The notes below the pieces were generated by a model. That model did not search any database, was not told where the DNA came from, and saw nothing but the letters and a program-made list of their open reading frames with translations. Of a DNA stretch of 64,000 bases, positions 1 to 9,308 are shown piece after piece. The DNA is from Acidobacteriota bacterium (GTDB lineage Bacteria; Acidobacteriota; UBA890; WLXD01): NCBI GenBank assembly GCA_029263295.1, contig JAJCXT010000055.1, positions 17,085 through 81,084 of the forward strand, read 5' to 3'. Made by a program: the position numbers and the translations under genes. The first letter of the stretch is position 1, and the number at the start of each line of letters is the position of its first letter.

Positions 1-1
1 G

Positions 2-310
2 AATCCGTTCGCCCCCACCCTCACCGGCAGCGTGAGACTGGGGGGTGTCGTGGGCAGCACGCCGCATCCAGCCAAGCCGCTGGTGCCCGTGCACGGCGGA
101 CCACAGGCCGCGGAGATCAGCGCCGACGGCGAACGTGTGTACCTCTACAGTTCGTCCTCGACGCCCTGGGATAGTCAGTTCTATCCAGCCGGCGTGCCCG
201 GTTGGCTGGCCAGGGTGGACGTCGACCCTGATGGGACCATGAGTGTCGATCGAGGGTTCTTGCCCGACCTGGAAGGCCTGCGCCCGCGCTGCGTGCGTCT
301 CGGCAACTAG
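2..310 (+). CDS. 3' partial CDS: C-terminus of a beta-propeller (lactonase/YVTN-like) repeat protein
   Basis: The frame is open from the window start to a stop at 308-310. It carries the propeller-like repeats 'ISADGERVYLY' and 'VDVDPDGTMSV'. It is not in the ORF track because it runs off the 5' end. Confidence 0.35.
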   Translation, partial: NPFAPTLTGSVRLGGVVGSTPHPAKPLVPVHGGPQAAEISADGERVYLYSSSSTPWDSQFYPAGVPGWLARVDVDPDGTMSVDRGFLPDLEGLRPRCVRLGN

Positions 311-392
311 CGGTCCCAGGGGTAGTCACGCAGGGCCGATGCTGGGACAATCGGCGGGCTCGTGCCGTCACTCTTGGAACGCCCCTTCGCTT

Positions 393-3308
393 ATGTCCGA
401 TCTGGAACGCGCTCGACGTGTCCACACTCTGCTGATCGACGCTCTCGCCTTGTCCGAGGCGGAACGCGGCCGATTCCTGCGGGAGCAGTGCGGCGAGGAT
501 GAAGATCTCATCGGCCAAGTCAACCAGCTCCTGCAGGGGGCCGGCGACGCCGAGCAGTACTTCAACCGACTCGGCGAGGATGTCGGAGATGTACTGGAGG
601 GCACCGCAGAGCGGGCCGCGACTGCCGCCCAGAATGATCCCCCGACTGCCGCGTCACCGGAGCCCGAGCCACCCGAACTCGAAATCGGCCAGAAGCTCGG
701 ACACTTCCGCGTCTCGGGCGAACTCGGCCGCGGCGGCATGGGCACCGTGTACCGCGCCACGGATCTACGACTGGGACGCGAGGTAGCCCTCAAGGTACTG
801 CCGCTCGCGGTCAGCGACGGGTCCGAGATGGCGGAACGGTTCGCGCAAGAGGCGCGCCTGCTGGCCGCGCTCAGCCACACCAACATCGCCTCGATCTTCG
901 GTATCGAGGAAGACGGCGGGCGCCGTCTGCTCGTTCTGGAGCTCGTCGACGGACCCGGCCTCGAGGAGCGTATCGCGCGTGGTCGACTCTCGGTCCGCGA
1001 AAGCCTCGAAACAGCCAGCCAGATCGCACGGGCGCTCGAGGTGGCGCACCGGGCGGGAATCGTGCATCGCGACCTGAAGCCTTCGAACGTGAAGCTCGTG
1101 GGCTCGACCGGCGTGGCGAAGGTACTCGACTTCGGTATCGCGACGGTCTTGCCCGATGCTCGCGTCGCTTCGGCTAGTGCCCACAAGGACATCGTTTCGA
1201 CCGGAGTCGGGAGAGTGCTCGGCACGGTCGCTTACATGAGCCCAGAGCAGGCGCGCGGCGACCAGGTCGACGAACGGACGGACATCTGGGCCTGGGGCTG
1301 CGTGCTCTACGAGATGCTCTGCGGCCAGCGACCGTTCCAGGGCCGCACGGTCACCGACACGCTGGCAGCGATCATCGAACGCGAGCCCGACTGGACCCGA
1401 CTACCGGCCACACTACCGGCCGAGGTGTCCCGCATGCTGCGGCGATGCCTGAACAAGGACCCGCGCCGGCGACTACGCAACGCTGGCGACCTCTGGCTGA
1501 TCCTCGAAGAGCTTTTGCACCCGGGCACTGAGGATGAGCAACCGCTACTCGAGGCGCCGCCAGCCTCGAACTGGCATCGAGTCTTACCCTGGGCGCTCGC
1601 TATCGCCGCTGCGGGTGCGGGGATCTTGCTGGGACGAGGGCTCGACGACCCGGCGGAGGAGCCAACGCGGCGTCTGGAATTGCTGGTAGGCGGCGAGCAA
1701 CTCCGTACGGCTGCGGGCGGACGTACCGTGGCCATCTCGGCCGACGGCACCACCCTGGCTCACACTGCCGACGGGAAGTTGCATCTGCGACCCCTCGATG
1801 CGTTCGAAGACCACGAACTCGAAGGCGGATTTGGCGCCGAGTCGCCCGCATTCTCGCCCGATGGGGCGTGGCTGAGTTTCTTCCAGCGCGGACAGCTGCG
1901 GAAGATCTCGGTGTTGGGCGGTGACCCCTTCCCACTGTGCGCCGCGGCTCTGCCACGTGGGTCCGACTGGGGCGACGACAACCGCATCGTCTTCAGCGAC
2001 GGCGCGTCGCTGTTCACGGTCTCCGGAAGTGGAGGCGACTGCCGTCCGCTCCGCAGTCCCGGCCCCGCGGACGACCAGGTGAAGTTCTTGTGGCCAACCT
2101 GGCTACCTGGTGGAACGCAGGTACTGTTTCAGATGACTGGCCCGCGCTCGAACGGGATCGCTGTCCTCGATGTGGCCAGCGGCGAGATCACGCAGGTGCA
2201 ATCCTCGGGCTCCGACCCTCGCTTCGTTCAGACGGGGCACATCCTCTACACGCGACTGGGCACAGTGTTCGCCGTCTCCTACGATCCCGCTACCGGTGAG
2301 ATCGGCACGAATCCGAGACCCGTCCTCGATGGCATCTCCGCCGAGAGCACCGGCGCCTCACACATGGCGGTGTCGACCGACGGAGTGCTGGCCTATGCTC
2401 CGAGCCCGGATCCTTCACGCGACCTCGTTTGGGTCGCCCGCGACGGCTCCGAGCGTCTGGCTGCACCCGCGAGCGGCGACTACACGACGCCCCGCGTTTC
2501 CCCGGACGCGACGCGCATCGCGGTCGTGATTCGTCGGGCCGGAGAAAGGCAGATCTGGGTCTACGATCTGCGCAATGAGACCGTGCGCCAGCTGACCCAG
2601 GGCGGCACCAATATCTGGCCCGCCTGGGCTCCGGACGGCGAGCGCATCTCGTTCTCGAACGGCATCGAGGGTCCCGCGACGATCTGGTGGCAAAGCGCCG
2701 ACGGCAGCGCGGCGACGAAGATCTCGACCCAGGGCAGGCACCAGTACGCCAGTTCCTGGGCAGCCCATGAGAACGTCATCACTTGGTTCCAGCCAGGCCC
2801 GGACGGCACCCGCGACATCTGGGCGCACCGACTCGACAGCGAGGCGGGGTCCTTTCCGGTCGTGGCGACGTCGGCGCACGAACAGGGTCCCGCGCTATCG
2901 CCCGATGCCCGATGGATCGCCTACGCGGCGAATACGACCGGACGCAACGAAATCTACGTCGAAGCTTGCCCGGGGTGCCGCGGCGGCGACGATAGCGACG
3001 CGCCACAGGGCCGCTGGCAAGTGTCCACCGCGGGCGGCGGCGAAGTGGTCTGGTCACCGCGGGGAGACGAACTCTTCTACCGAGAAGGCAGCAAGGTCAT
3101 GTCGGTCAGCATCGACTTCAGTTCGGGCGTGCCCCGCGCACAGTCACCGATGGAGCTGTTCGACGGCCCCTACGTGATCGGACAATCCGGCAACAGCGAG
3201 TACGCCGTCGCACCCGATGGGGACCGCTTCCTCATGGTGAAGAACCCCGAGGAGTCGGGCGCCCAGCGGATCCGCGTGGTCCTCAACTGGTTTGCCGAGC
3301 TCCCGTAG
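393..3308 (+). CDS. Ser/Thr protein kinase with a C-terminal periplasmic TolB-like (PD40) beta-propeller; single-pass membrane protein
   Basis: The N-terminus has the 'ERxxFLxxxCxxDxxL...VxxLL' motif typical of acidobacterial and myxobacterial kinases. The kinase domain shows GxGxxG ('GRGGMGTV'), VAIK ('VALKVL'), 'HRDLKPSNV', 'DFGIA' and 'SPE'. A TM helix follows ('WHRVLPWALAIAAAGAGILLG'), then repeated 'SPDG/APDG/STDG' PD40 blades. The preferred start is the ATG at 393 (MSDLERARR...); the ORF track start at 243 is a GTG. Confidence 0.85.
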   Translation: MSDLERARRVHTLLIDALALSEAERGRFLREQCGEDEDLIGQVNQLLQGAGDAEQYFNRLGEDVGDVLEGTAERAATAAQNDPPTAASPEPEPPELEIGQKLGHFRVSGELGRGGMGTVYRATDLRLGREVALKVLPLAVSDGSEMAERFAQEARLLAALSHTNIASIFGIEEDGGRRLLVLELVDGPGLEERIARGRLSVRESLETASQIARALEVAHRAGIVHRDLKPSNVKLVGSTGVAKVLDFGIATVLPDARVASASAHKDIVSTGVGRVLGTVAYMSPEQARGDQVDERTDIWAWGCVLYEMLCGQRPFQGRTVTDTLAAIIEREPDWTRLPATLPAEVSRMLRRCLNKDPRRRLRNAGDLWLILEELLHPGTEDEQPLLEAPPASNWHRVLPWALAIAAAGAGILLGRGLDDPAEEPTRRLELLVGGEQLRTAAGGRTVAISADGTTLAHTADGKLHLRPLDAFEDHELEGGFGAESPAFSPDGAWLSFFQRGQLRKISVLGGDPFPLCAAALPRGSDWGDDNRIVFSDGASLFTVSGSGGDCRPLRSPGPADDQVKFLWPTWLPGGTQVLFQMTGPRSNGIAVLDVASGEITQVQSSGSDPRFVQTGHILYTRLGTVFAVSYDPATGEIGTNPRPVLDGISAESTGASHMAVSTDGVLAYAPSPDPSRDLVWVARDGSERLAAPASGDYTTPRVSPDATRIAVVIRRAGERQIWVYDLRNETVRQLTQGGTNIWPAWAPDGERISFSNGIEGPATIWWQSADGSAATKISTQGRHQYASSWAAHENVITWFQPGPDGTRDIWAHRLDSEAGSFPVVATSAHEQGPALSPDARWIAYAANTTGRNEIYVEACPGCRGGDDSDAPQGRWQVSTAGGGEVVWSPRGDELFYREGSKVMSVSIDFSSGVPRAQSPMELFDGPYVIGQSGNSEYAVAPDGDRFLMVKNPEESGAQRIRVVLNWFAELP

Positions 3309-3365
3309 CGCGGCCCGGCGATCTTTTTCGAAACCCGCGCGGCAACTCGCCGTATATCTTTTACT

Positions 3366-6056
3366 ATGTACGAAAAATGCCCACCGAGGCTAGCTGAGCG
3401 CATGCTGCGCTGGGCTACCGCCCGCGCCGATCGCGACTGTGTCGCCGGCGACCTGGCCGAGGAGTTTGCCGTTCGCGCGCAACGCTCCGGCCCTGGTGGA
3501 GCGCGGCGCTGGTACTGGTGGCAGGTGATGCGATCGGTGCCGACGAATCTGCTAACAGGCCGTGAGGTCCAGGCAGCCAGACGCAGCGCGATCCAACTCG
3601 ATACCCCCCTCCGTCGAGGAGACGGCGCGATGAGCAACATGCTGCAGGACATCCGTTACGGCTTCCGGACGCTCGCCAAGAGCCCCACGTTCACTGTGTT
3701 GACCATCAGCACGCTGGCACTGGCCATGGGTGTGAACACGGCGATCTTCAGCATCCTGAATCTCATCCTGATCCAGGATCTTCCGCTCAGGGACACCGAC
3801 ACGCTGGGCTTTATCTACTCGACGAATGCTCAGCTCAACTCCTCGCAGGCGCCGGTGCCCGCAGCTGACTTCCTCGACTATCGAGAAGAGGTTGGCGCCT
3901 TCGGCGACCTCGCGGCGGTCGACCGTGGCGCGTCGTTCACGCTCACCGGCACCGAAGAGCCTGTCTGGATCGAGGGCTTCCTGGCGACAGCGAACACCCT
4001 CGACATCTGGGGCCAGGCGACGATCATGGGCCGGTGGTTCACTCCCGATGAGGACCGCGAAGGCGGTGAGCGCGTGGCCGTGCTCTCGCATGGGTCCTGG
4101 GAGCGACGTTTCGGGTTCGATCCCGACATCGTCGGCCGGGTGATCGACCTCGATGGCTATCCGACCACGCTCATCGGCGTGATGCCCAAGGAGATGGAGT
4201 TCGGCTCGCTGGCGGAAGCCGAGGTATGGGTGCCGGCACGGCTGAACCGCGCCAGTGCGAGCCGTGAAGATCGCACCCTCTGGGTCATAGGCCGCCTCGC
4301 ACCCGGCGCGACGCTCGCACAGGCTCAGCAGGAGGTTGACGCGGTGCGGCAGCGGATCATCGCCGAGGAGCCAGATCTACAGGGACCCTGGGGCGCGATC
4401 GTTTACGACATGAACCGCGCGCTCGCGCCGCCGGACACCTGGATGATCATGTTCATGCTCGGACTCACCGTGACGTTCGTCATGCTGATCGCCTGCTCCA
4501 ACGTGGCCACGATGATGCTGACCCGGGCCTCCGCCCGTTCGCGTGAGATCGCCGTGCGCGCCGCACTTGGTGCGCAGCGCCGCAGACTGCTCGGCCAGCT
4601 CCTCGGCGAGAGCGCCATCCTGTCGCTGGCCGCGGGACTCCTCGGCCTGCTGATCGCGCGCGCCTCGCTCATGGGTCTGATCTGGATGGCAGGCGAAAAC
4701 AGCGGCATGAACATCTTCGGGATGGTCACACTTGATACGACCGTTCTGCTCTTCACTCTCGGGGTCGCCCTCCTGTCGCCCATGCTCTTCGGTTTCATCC
4801 CGGCGCTGCGCGCGTCGCGACCGGACCTCAACGAGACCCTGCGCGAAGGCGCGCGCGGCAGCAGCGGCGGGCCTGGTGGCCTGCGTGGACGCCGCTTCCT
4901 AGTGGCCACCCAGGTCGCGCTGGCGCTGAGTCTCATGGTGGTCGCAGGCGTGCTAATGCAGGCCATGGCGAAGAACCGCAACTATGATCCCGGCTTCGAT
5001 GTCGACAACGTAATGACGATGCGTGTGGATCTCACCGAATCGGAGTATCCGAGCGGTGTGGATCAACTACAGAACTTCTCCCGCATCCGCGCCACCCTCG
5101 CGGCATTGCCCGGCATCGAGAGTGTCACCACCATGGGGTGGCGCCTGGGCGCCAACGACGACCCGATCGTCGCACGCAGCTTCCGCATTGTGGGACAGCC
5201 GGAACCCGATGCCGCCGAGCTCCCGTCGGGGTTCCTCAACGTGGTGAGCGCCGGCACCCTAGGGGTAATGCGGCTGCCACTTCTGAGCGGTCGCGACTTC
5301 ACGGAGAGCGACAACGCAGACTCAGCGCCCGTGGTGATCGTCAATGAACGGCTGGTGGAACGCTACTGGACCGGCCAAGCGCTCGGCAGCCACATCAAGC
5401 TAGGCACCGACGACCGCTCGTTCGAGGTGGTCGGTGTGATGAAGAACATTCACTCTGGAGATTCCAGCAACCCTGCGTTCCCGATCATCTTCGCGCCCCT
5501 GGCGCAGAATCCTCAGCGGCGGATGGGAGTGCTTGCTCGCACGTCTGGTGATCCGCTGGCGATGACCAGCGCCATCCGCGAGGCTATCTGGTCGGTCGAC
5601 GCGGATCAGCCGGTCGCCGACATGCGCACGGTGCATCAGTTGATCGAGGATGCTTTCGCGGCGCCCATGACCCTGTTCTCGATCTTCGTCGCCTTCGCCG
5701 GGTTCGCCGTGGCGATGTCTGCCGCGGGTATCTACGGTGTGATCTCGTACGCGGTGAGCGCGCGCACTCGTGAGATCGGGATTCGCATGGCGCTCGGCGC
5801 GCGTGCCACCGGCGTGCTGGCGATGATCACGCGCCAAGCAATGATGCTGGTCGGGCTCGGCATGGTCGTGGGTGGCGCGGCGGGCATCCTCCTGGGGCGC
5901 CTGCTCTCCAGCGCCATCCCGGATGTTGGCAGCTTCGACCTTCCCTCGTTTCTCGGGGTGCTGGCGGTATTCGCGGCAACGACCCTATTAGCCACCTGGA
6001 TCCCGGCACGGCGCGCCGCGCGCGTCCAACCGGTTACGGCACTACGCAGCGAGTAA
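3366..6056 (+). CDS. MacB/FtsX-type duplicated orphan permease (ADOP family) with N-terminal prefix domain (module 1)
   Basis: 896 aa. The cytoplasmic prefix 'PPRLAERMLRW...GDLAEEF...RWYWWQVMRSV' is followed by a TM helix and a MacB-like periplasmic domain. FtsX block 1 is 'IACSNVATMMLTRASARSREIAVRAALGA'. A second periplasmic domain and FtsX block 2 'ISYAVSARTREIGIRMALGA' follow. The C-terminus is 'PVTALRSE'. No ATPase is adjacent. Confidence 0.85.
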   Translation: MYEKCPPRLAERMLRWATARADRDCVAGDLAEEFAVRAQRSGPGGARRWYWWQVMRSVPTNLLTGREVQAARRSAIQLDTPLRRGDGAMSNMLQDIRYGFRTLAKSPTFTVLTISTLALAMGVNTAIFSILNLILIQDLPLRDTDTLGFIYSTNAQLNSSQAPVPAADFLDYREEVGAFGDLAAVDRGASFTLTGTEEPVWIEGFLATANTLDIWGQATIMGRWFTPDEDREGGERVAVLSHGSWERRFGFDPDIVGRVIDLDGYPTTLIGVMPKEMEFGSLAEAEVWVPARLNRASASREDRTLWVIGRLAPGATLAQAQQEVDAVRQRIIAEEPDLQGPWGAIVYDMNRALAPPDTWMIMFMLGLTVTFVMLIACSNVATMMLTRASARSREIAVRAALGAQRRRLLGQLLGESAILSLAAGLLGLLIARASLMGLIWMAGENSGMNIFGMVTLDTTVLLFTLGVALLSPMLFGFIPALRASRPDLNETLREGARGSSGGPGGLRGRRFLVATQVALALSLMVVAGVLMQAMAKNRNYDPGFDVDNVMTMRVDLTESEYPSGVDQLQNFSRIRATLAALPGIESVTTMGWRLGANDDPIVARSFRIVGQPEPDAAELPSGFLNVVSAGTLGVMRLPLLSGRDFTESDNADSAPVVIVNERLVERYWTGQALGSHIKLGTDDRSFEVVGVMKNIHSGDSSNPAFPIIFAPLAQNPQRRMGVLARTSGDPLAMTSAIREAIWSVDADQPVADMRTVHQLIEDAFAAPMTLFSIFVAFAGFAVAMSAAGIYGVISYAVSARTREIGIRMALGARATGVLAMITRQAMMLVGLGMVVGGAAGILLGRLLSSAIPDVGSFDLPSFLGVLAVFAATTLLATWIPARRAARVQPVTALRSE

Positions 6057-6076
6057 CGCCGCATGGAAATACTGCG

Positions 6077-6403
6077 ATGAGTAAAGGAAACTACCTGGGC
6101 GAATTCGAGATCGTGGTGCTCTCGACCTTGCTGCACCTCGGTGAGAACGCTTACGGAATGACCATTCGCTGCGAGATCGACGAGCACACCGGTCGGTCGG
6201 TGTCGATCGGCGCGATCTACGCCACGTTGCGGCGGCTCGAACGCAAAGGACTGGTCGTCTCGCATCTCGGCGAACCGACCGCCGAGCGCGGTGGTCGTGC
6301 CAAGCGCTTCTTCGCTCTCGAGCCGGCCGGTGAAGACGCCGTCGCACGCTCACGCGCGATGTTCGCCCGTCTCTGGAACGACCTTCCTGAGGCGCGCGGC
6401 TAG
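6077..6403 (+). CDS. PadR-family transcriptional regulator (subtype A; module 1, downstream of its permease)
   Basis: 108 aa winged-HTH with 'LGENAYGMTIRCEI...IYATLRRLERKGLV...ERGGRAKRFFAL'. It starts 21 bp after the ADOP1 stop. Confidence 0.85.
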   Translation: MSKGNYLGEFEIVVLSTLLHLGENAYGMTIRCEIDEHTGRSVSIGAIYATLRRLERKGLVVSHLGEPTAERGGRAKRFFALEPAGEDAVARSRAMFARLWNDLPEARG

Positions 6404-6437
6404 CGCCAAGGCATGGTCAGCATGGATGATGCCTGCC

Positions 6438-7301
6438 CTAGGGTAGGGGATCCAGCCCGCGACGCCGTCGCAGCTTGTCGATTGCGGAGCCGCGACGAGA
6501 ACCGGGCCTCCATCTCCGAAGCCTGCGAGGGTCGATCCGCAACGCCAGCAGAACCCTCCGCAGCCAGTGATCCAGTAGCGCGCGCAGGAGGAGTCTCGTA
6601 GTAAGCCCCTGGAGCGATTCGAGACGCAAGCCGGTCAGTCGGCGTTGCTGGTCGAGCAGCAGTTTGGCGAGCTCCCGGCTTCGAAAGGCCTCCGCGTCGA
6701 CCTGCATCGCCCGGTAGATCGAGCGCTGAGGTTCATCGGGCTGCTCAATGTAGCTGTTGGGCAACGAACTCGGCGCGACCACGGTCAGGCGCGGCACCAC
6801 CACAATCTGCTTCTGCGCCCGCCACACTCGGCTGAGCCAATCCTGTGAGGGCGGGAGGTGAATGGTCCGGAATGGGCGCCAAGGTCCGACTTCATCCACC
6901 ACCGGTCGTCGAACCAACCAGGACGACGCCTCGATCCAGTTGTCGGCGCCGGGTTCGAACCGCAGGCCGCCGATCACGCCGGAGACCCTCCGGTCCCCGC
7001 CAGCCGCGATTCGCTCATCCAGGCAAATCGTCATGTCTGCGCCGCTCGATTCCAGCTTCGACAGCGCCACCTCGAGATGGTCGGGGAACCACAGATCGTC
7101 GTGGTTGAGAAAGGCGATGACGTCCGCACGTGCGCGCCGGATCCCTTCATTGTTGGGGCCCGACTGCTCGCCCACGTTCTCCGCCAAGTTGTGGAAGTGA
7201 ATGCGCGGATCATCGAAAGCACGAACGACGGCCTCGGTATCGTCAGTGCATGCATCTCCGATGACCCACATCTCCCAGTCGCTCTCCGTTTGCCACAGCA
7301 C
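6438..7301 (-). CDS. Family-2 glycosyltransferase (GT2); the N-terminus lacks a canonical start, suggesting a frameshift or fusion with the upstream dehydratase
   Basis: The track ORF starts at the GTG at 7299-7301 ('MLWQTESDWEMWVIGDACTDDTE', '...FLNHDDLWFPDHLE'). Homology continues upstream in the same frame ('SHSPKVSIITATYNRSNVLAYAIRTVLWQ', the classic GT2 N-terminus) to a stop at 7455-7457. There is no ATG/GTG/TTG in between. Confidence 0.6.
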   Translation of the reverse strand: MLWQTESDWEMWVIGDACTDDTEAVVRAFDDPRIHFHNLAENVGEQSGPNNEGIRRARADVIAFLNHDDLWFPDHLEVALSKLESSGADMTICLDERIAAGGDRRVSGVIGGLRFEPGADNWIEASSWLVRRPVVDEVGPWRPFRTIHLPPSQDWLSRVWRAQKQIVVVPRLTVVAPSSLPNSYIEQPDEPQRSIYRAMQVDAEAFRSRELAKLLLDQQRRLTGLRLESLQGLTTRLLLRALLDHWLRRVLLALRIDPRRLRRWRPGSRRGSAIDKLRRRRGLDPLP

Positions 7302-8800
7302 GGTCCGGATCGCGTACGCGAGTACGTTGCTGCGGTTATACGTAGCCGTGATGATCGAGACCTTGGGCGAGTGACTCGCGCGATCAGGGACAGACGCAGG
7401 TGGGCGAGTAGACTGCGCATCTGGTTGGTGAACACATTGCCGAATCGCAGGAGATCAGCGATCTGGCCGAACGTCATCCACCGGTACTCTGCCGGAATCT
7501 CCAAGCGATGATCTTCGTCCAGTTGCACCAGCCGGTACTCGGTCTCGTCGTGATAGAAACGGCCGCCTTCCTCGGACTGGCGAACACAGAGCAGCGTCTT
7601 GTCCTCCGCGACCGTCACCAGCGAGAAGAACGGCTCCGCGGCCAGGAGTTCGCCGGGTTCGTGATCAGATGGCACGCAGTCGACTGTAGCCGTGCACTCG
7701 ACGGAGTCGAAACTCCCGGGTTCCATGGCTGCCTTTACGAGAAAGTGCAGGAGGCCCCGGTGTCGCTGACACAGGAGTGCGACAAGGGCGCGACCGTGCG
7801 TGTGGACCAGCGGCTGGTCCCACTGGCTCACCTCGCGCACGTTGGACGACACCTTGACCTGGATGATCGAGAAGTGACGCTCCCCTTCATGCACGATGCG
7901 ATCCCGCTCGATGCGCCAACCCGCCAAATCCGAGAGAGAGACCACGCGGCGCTCGCGGCGCAGGTCGGCCCGCGCTTGTCCGAACCACGCCATCAAATCG
8001 TCCATCGAGTGCACTGCCGCCGCGTCAGCGGCATCCGACGACTCTCGGAGCGCCGGCCCAAGGTCGTTCGCTACTGCCGATTCTCCGGTGGCACCGCGGA
8101 TCGAGAGCGGCAAGCATGCCAGGACGGAGCGGGCGTCGGTGTTCACCACGTTGTCGCACCGGAGCAGTTCCGACATCTCTTCCAGCGAAATCCAGCGGAA
8201 ACCGTCTCCCGATCCCAGGTCCTCCTCCCCCGTCGTCCGCACAACCATGTTCCGGTTGCGCTTGGCGAGAAACCGCGAGCCTTGTTCGGACTGGAGTTGA
8301 TGCAAGACGACATCGTCCGGATCGGGCCTGGTGAAGCCGCTGAGAAAACGCTGCCCCGAACCACCGTGTATGCGTCGATAGTTGCTCTCGGTCGCCTGCA
8401 CGGTGGGCCCGATTTGCACGCGGCCGATATTACCGGGCTCGGCCTTCGCCTGCGCGAGCAGCTGCACCCTTCCGTCCCGAACTCGGAGCAGGAACCCGAG
8501 GATGCCAAACTCAGGCTGATCGACGATGGGCTGGTGCGCACAGAAAGGGGACCGCGCATCGCCAGCGAGCGCGAGTCCAACGACGGAGAAAAACCCGCCC
8601 GTTCGATGCGAGAGCGCTGAGCGGCCCCCGATCCACTGCCATTCGAGCGAGTCGCCGAACTCGATGCGTTCCACGTCCAGTCGCGTCGCTTCGCGCCGGT
8701 CCTCCAACCACCTCAGGGTGGCTGGCGCGGCGCGTACAGCCGCCACCTTTTGCCTCGCTTCATTGCCCATCGCCCACGAGGTTACTGCAACCGGAGACAA
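7031..8800 (-). CDS. NDP-hexose 2,3-dehydratase-like (two-domain Nudix-like deoxysugar enzyme). The homology ends near 7390; the ORF then reads ~120 codons in an alternative frame over the GT2 5' region
   Basis: It has a TTG start with duplicated halves. Half 1 is 'LSHRTGGFFSVVGL...EPGN...RFL'. Half 2 is 'IVHEGERHFSIIQVKV...EPG..FFSLV...EGGRFYHDE'. From about aa 470 onward the product turns R/S-rich and junk-like, running to the stop at 7031. Confidence 0.55.
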   Translation of the reverse strand: MSPVAVTSWAMGNEARQKVAAVRAAPATLRWLEDRREATRLDVERIEFGDSLEWQWIGGRSALSHRTGGFFSVVGLALAGDARSPFCAHQPIVDQPEFGILGFLLRVRDGRVQLLAQAKAEPGNIGRVQIGPTVQATESNYRRIHGGSGQRFLSGFTRPDPDDVVLHQLQSEQGSRFLAKRNRNMVVRTTGEEDLGSGDGFRWISLEEMSELLRCDNVVNTDARSVLACLPLSIRGATGESAVANDLGPALRESSDAADAAAVHSMDDLMAWFGQARADLRRERRVVSLSDLAGWRIERDRIVHEGERHFSIIQVKVSSNVREVSQWDQPLVHTHGRALVALLCQRHRGLLHFLVKAAMEPGSFDSVECTATVDCVPSDHEPGELLAAEPFFSLVTVAEDKTLLCVRQSEEGGRFYHDETEYRLVQLDEDHRLEIPAEYRWMTFGQIADLLRFGNVFTNQMRSLLAHLRLSLIARVTRPRSRSSRLRITAATYSRTRSGPCCGKRRATGRCGSSEMHALTIPRPSFVLSMIRAFTSTTWRRTWASSRAPTMKGSGAHVRTSSPFSTTTICGSPTISRWRCRSWNRAAQT

Positions 8801-8842
8801 GACCTCACATCGCGGGCGATCGTCCGCAGGAGCGAGACTTCG

Positions 8843-9295
8843 TTATTCCCGCGCAGCTCCGGGTCGCCATGCGGCGACGAGACCGAACAGGCCGATGACG
8901 GTCATGGTGCCCGGAGCCAGCACGGGCGTGGCGCCGGTGAGCGACTCGCGGGCCAACTCGAAGCCGGCGCGATCCGGGTACATCTCGCGCTCGAACTCAA
9001 CGTTGCCCTTGTAGTGGAGCCAGTTGCCGGCGAGGCCGCACACGATGCAAACCCACATCACGCCGGCAACCACGCGACGCAGCCCCTCGCCGGGGCGCCG
9101 CAGGTAGGCGCCCGTCACCAGGATCACCCCGCCAAGCAGGCCCAGCGGAGCGAACTGCCACGTGTCTTCGTAGTGGCCAATCAGAAGCAGCTCCGCGAGC
9201 GTTCCGAGGCTACCGAACAGCAGGACCGCCAGCACTGCACGGCGCAGTGTCCGCGCGATCAAATGCTCGCGTGCTACGCCCGGCTCATTCGTCAC
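8843..9295 (-). CDS. Hypothetical integral membrane protein (about 4 TM helices)
   Basis: 150 aa with hydrophobic segments 'AVLAVLLFGSLGTLAELLLIG', 'LGLLGGVILVTGAYL', 'VMWVCIVCGLAGNWL' and 'VIGLFGLVAAW'. No family is recognised. Confidence 0.4.
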   Translation of the reverse strand: MTNEPGVAREHLIARTLRRAVLAVLLFGSLGTLAELLLIGHYEDTWQFAPLGLLGGVILVTGAYLRRPGEGLRRVVAGVMWVCIVCGLAGNWLHYKGNVEFEREMYPDRAGFELARESLTGATPVLAPGTMTVIGLFGLVAAWRPGAARE

Positions 9296-9308
9296 TCTGA
9301 ATCCGCGC

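Noticed and set aside
243-392. N-terminal 50 codons of the kinase track ORF (GTG start at 243)
   Set aside because: The conserved kinase N-terminal motif begins right after the ATG at 393. The upstream extension is Cys/Ser/Arg-rich junk.
7508-8620. 370-aa plus-strand ORF
   Set aside because: It is antisense to the dehydratase-like gene and has no recognisable domains, so it is a shadow ORF.
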